Positions 62,775 through 64,000 of a stretch of DNA of 64,000 nucleotides are shown one piece after another; position 1 is the stretch's first letter; every line of letters begins with the position of its first letter. The notes under the pieces are model-generated. The model saw only the letters and a list, made by a program, of their open reading frames with translations. It was not told where the DNA came from and did no database searches. This DNA is from a bacterium (GTDB lineage Bacteria > Zhuqueibacterota > QNDG01 > JAGLOF01). Made by a program: the position numbers and the translations under genes. The stretch spans positions 1,807 to 65,806 of the forward strand of contig JAGLOF010000089.1 in assembly GCA_023139105.1 (NCBI GenBank), read 5' to 3'.

Positions 62775-63329
62775 CTAACCCATCAGCTGCGCAAATGACT
62801 CTCGGGCAGCTTCAGCATTTTTTTCCTGTTTGACAGGAATCTTTTCCATAATCGATTCGGCTATAGAATCGATACCAACCAGTCCGGTAGCTTTAGCTAC
62901 AGCCCCGAGAATTGCAGTATTAACAATTGGTGCAGCCTCGCTGCCCAATCCGTGTTTTAATGCAATACTGGAACAATCCACTGTATAAACACTCGGATTC
63001 TCTGTACCCGAAAAATCAAACTCTTCGGGTTTTCGTTGAGTGTTTATGATAATCTTTCCATTGGGTTGCAAACCATCTGTCAACGGTACTGCACCAATCA
63101 ACGTAGGATCTAAAATAACAAGCACATCAGGATCATAAATATAACAATGAATCCTTATCTGATCATCACTGATGCGTGTAAATGCGGTCACAGGAGCACC
63201 GCGTCTTTCAACACCAAAGAAAGGGAAAGATTGAACCTGTTTTCCCTCTAAAAATGCGGCCATCGCCAAAACATCCGATGCTTTTACTGCTCCTTGTCCG
63301 CCTCTTCCATGAAACCTGATTTCTACCAT
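62775..63329 (-). CDS. porC: 2-oxoacid:ferredoxin oxidoreductase gamma subunit
   Basis: EIRFHGRGGQG, FGVERRGAPV. Confidence 0.93.
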   Translation of the reverse strand: MVEIRFHGRGGQGAVKASDVLAMAAFLEGKQVQSFPFFGVERRGAPVTAFTRISDDQIRIHCYIYDPDVLVILDPTLIGAVPLTDGLQPNGKIIINTQRKPEEFDFSGTENPSVYTVDCSSIALKHGLGSEAAPIVNTAILGAVAKATGLVGIDSIAESIMEKIPVKQEKNAEAARESFAQLMG

Positions 63330-63478
63330 TTATTTCCTCCACTAACATGGATAATGAAAAATTGAAAGAAGCCTTACAAGTTATAGAAAATCAAAAGGAA
63401 ATTCAAGGAATATATTGGTAATAATTTTACAGAAATGCTAATGAATAACACGCTATTTTTCGTTATGACGAAAAATAA

Positions 63479-64000
63479 TTATACAGTATGAATTTTCAGA
63501 GATAAATCAAGTGCTTTAACCGAATGAGTAAGTGCGCCAACAGAGATAAAATTAACACCTGTTTCTGCAATCTTGCGGATAGTTTCCAGATTCACATTAC
63601 CCGAAGCTTCAACTTCAGCTCTTCCTGCAATAAGGGCTACAGCTTGCGTCATCATATCAATAGACATATTGTCGAGCATAATTCGATCAGCTCCGGCATT
63701 AAGTGCATAATGTACTTCAGATATATTCCGTGTCTCAACCTCAATGGGCACGGAAATATTACGTTCTAAAAGCATTCTTCTTACACCATCAACTGCTGCT
63801 TGAATGCCGCCGGCTGCATCAATATGATTATCTTTTATCATAATCATATCATACAATCCCATACGATGGTTTGATGCACCGCCCAGACGTACGGCGTATT
63901 TTTCCAGAGCCCGAAATCCGGGAGTAGTTTTACGGGTATCGAGCACAATGGCTTCTGTCCCCTTAATCGCCTCTTTATAAATTGATGAGATAGTCGCAAT
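63479..64000 (-). CDS. nadC: Quinolinate phosphoribosyltransferase, 5' part outside the window
   Basis: Frame is open to the window end (IATISS...); DTRKTTPG, NHRMGL, IKDNH, MLDN, EASG. Confidence 0.96.
   Translation of the reverse strand: MATISSIYKEAIKGTEAIVLDTRKTTPGFRALEKYAVRLGGASNHRMGLYDMIMIKDNHIDAAGGIQAAVDGVRRMLLERNISVPIEVETRNISEVHYALNAGADRIMLDNMSIDMMTQAVALIAGRAEVEASGNVNLETIRKIAETGVNFISVGALTHSVKALDLSLKIHTV

Overview
Bacterial chromosomal window, mostly minus-strand genes. Gene content suggests a diderm anaerobe or facultative anaerobe (inference only). From left to right it holds: (1) a signalling island with a >1500-aa hybrid histidine kinase missed by the ORF track, a REC-REC-PAS HisKA_2 kinase and a reduced chemosensory cassette (MCP-like protein, STAS, CheY, CheA); (2) an orphan single-module type I PKS with an Sfp-type PPTase, a membrane protein and secreted hydrolases; (3) a TetR-RND-TolC efflux operon bracketed by a ~106-bp inverted repeat pair; (4) an ECF sigma/FecR pair followed by an STN-TonB_C fusion instead of a receptor; (5) PadR plus an ABC permease; (6) a membrane protein/histidine kinase/NarL-type regulator operon flanked by two unannotated Cys-rich mini-genes (55 and 57 aa), each preceded by paired palindromic boxes; (7) housekeeping genes (pepT, SbcCD-like pair, dapF, maf, dtd, UbiA family); (8) a 2-oxoacid fermentation cluster (por, ior, two buk, two ptb) and a partial nadC. 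Item 6 is the best candidate for an undescribed system. No rRNA, tRNA, CRISPR array or intact transposase was recognised.
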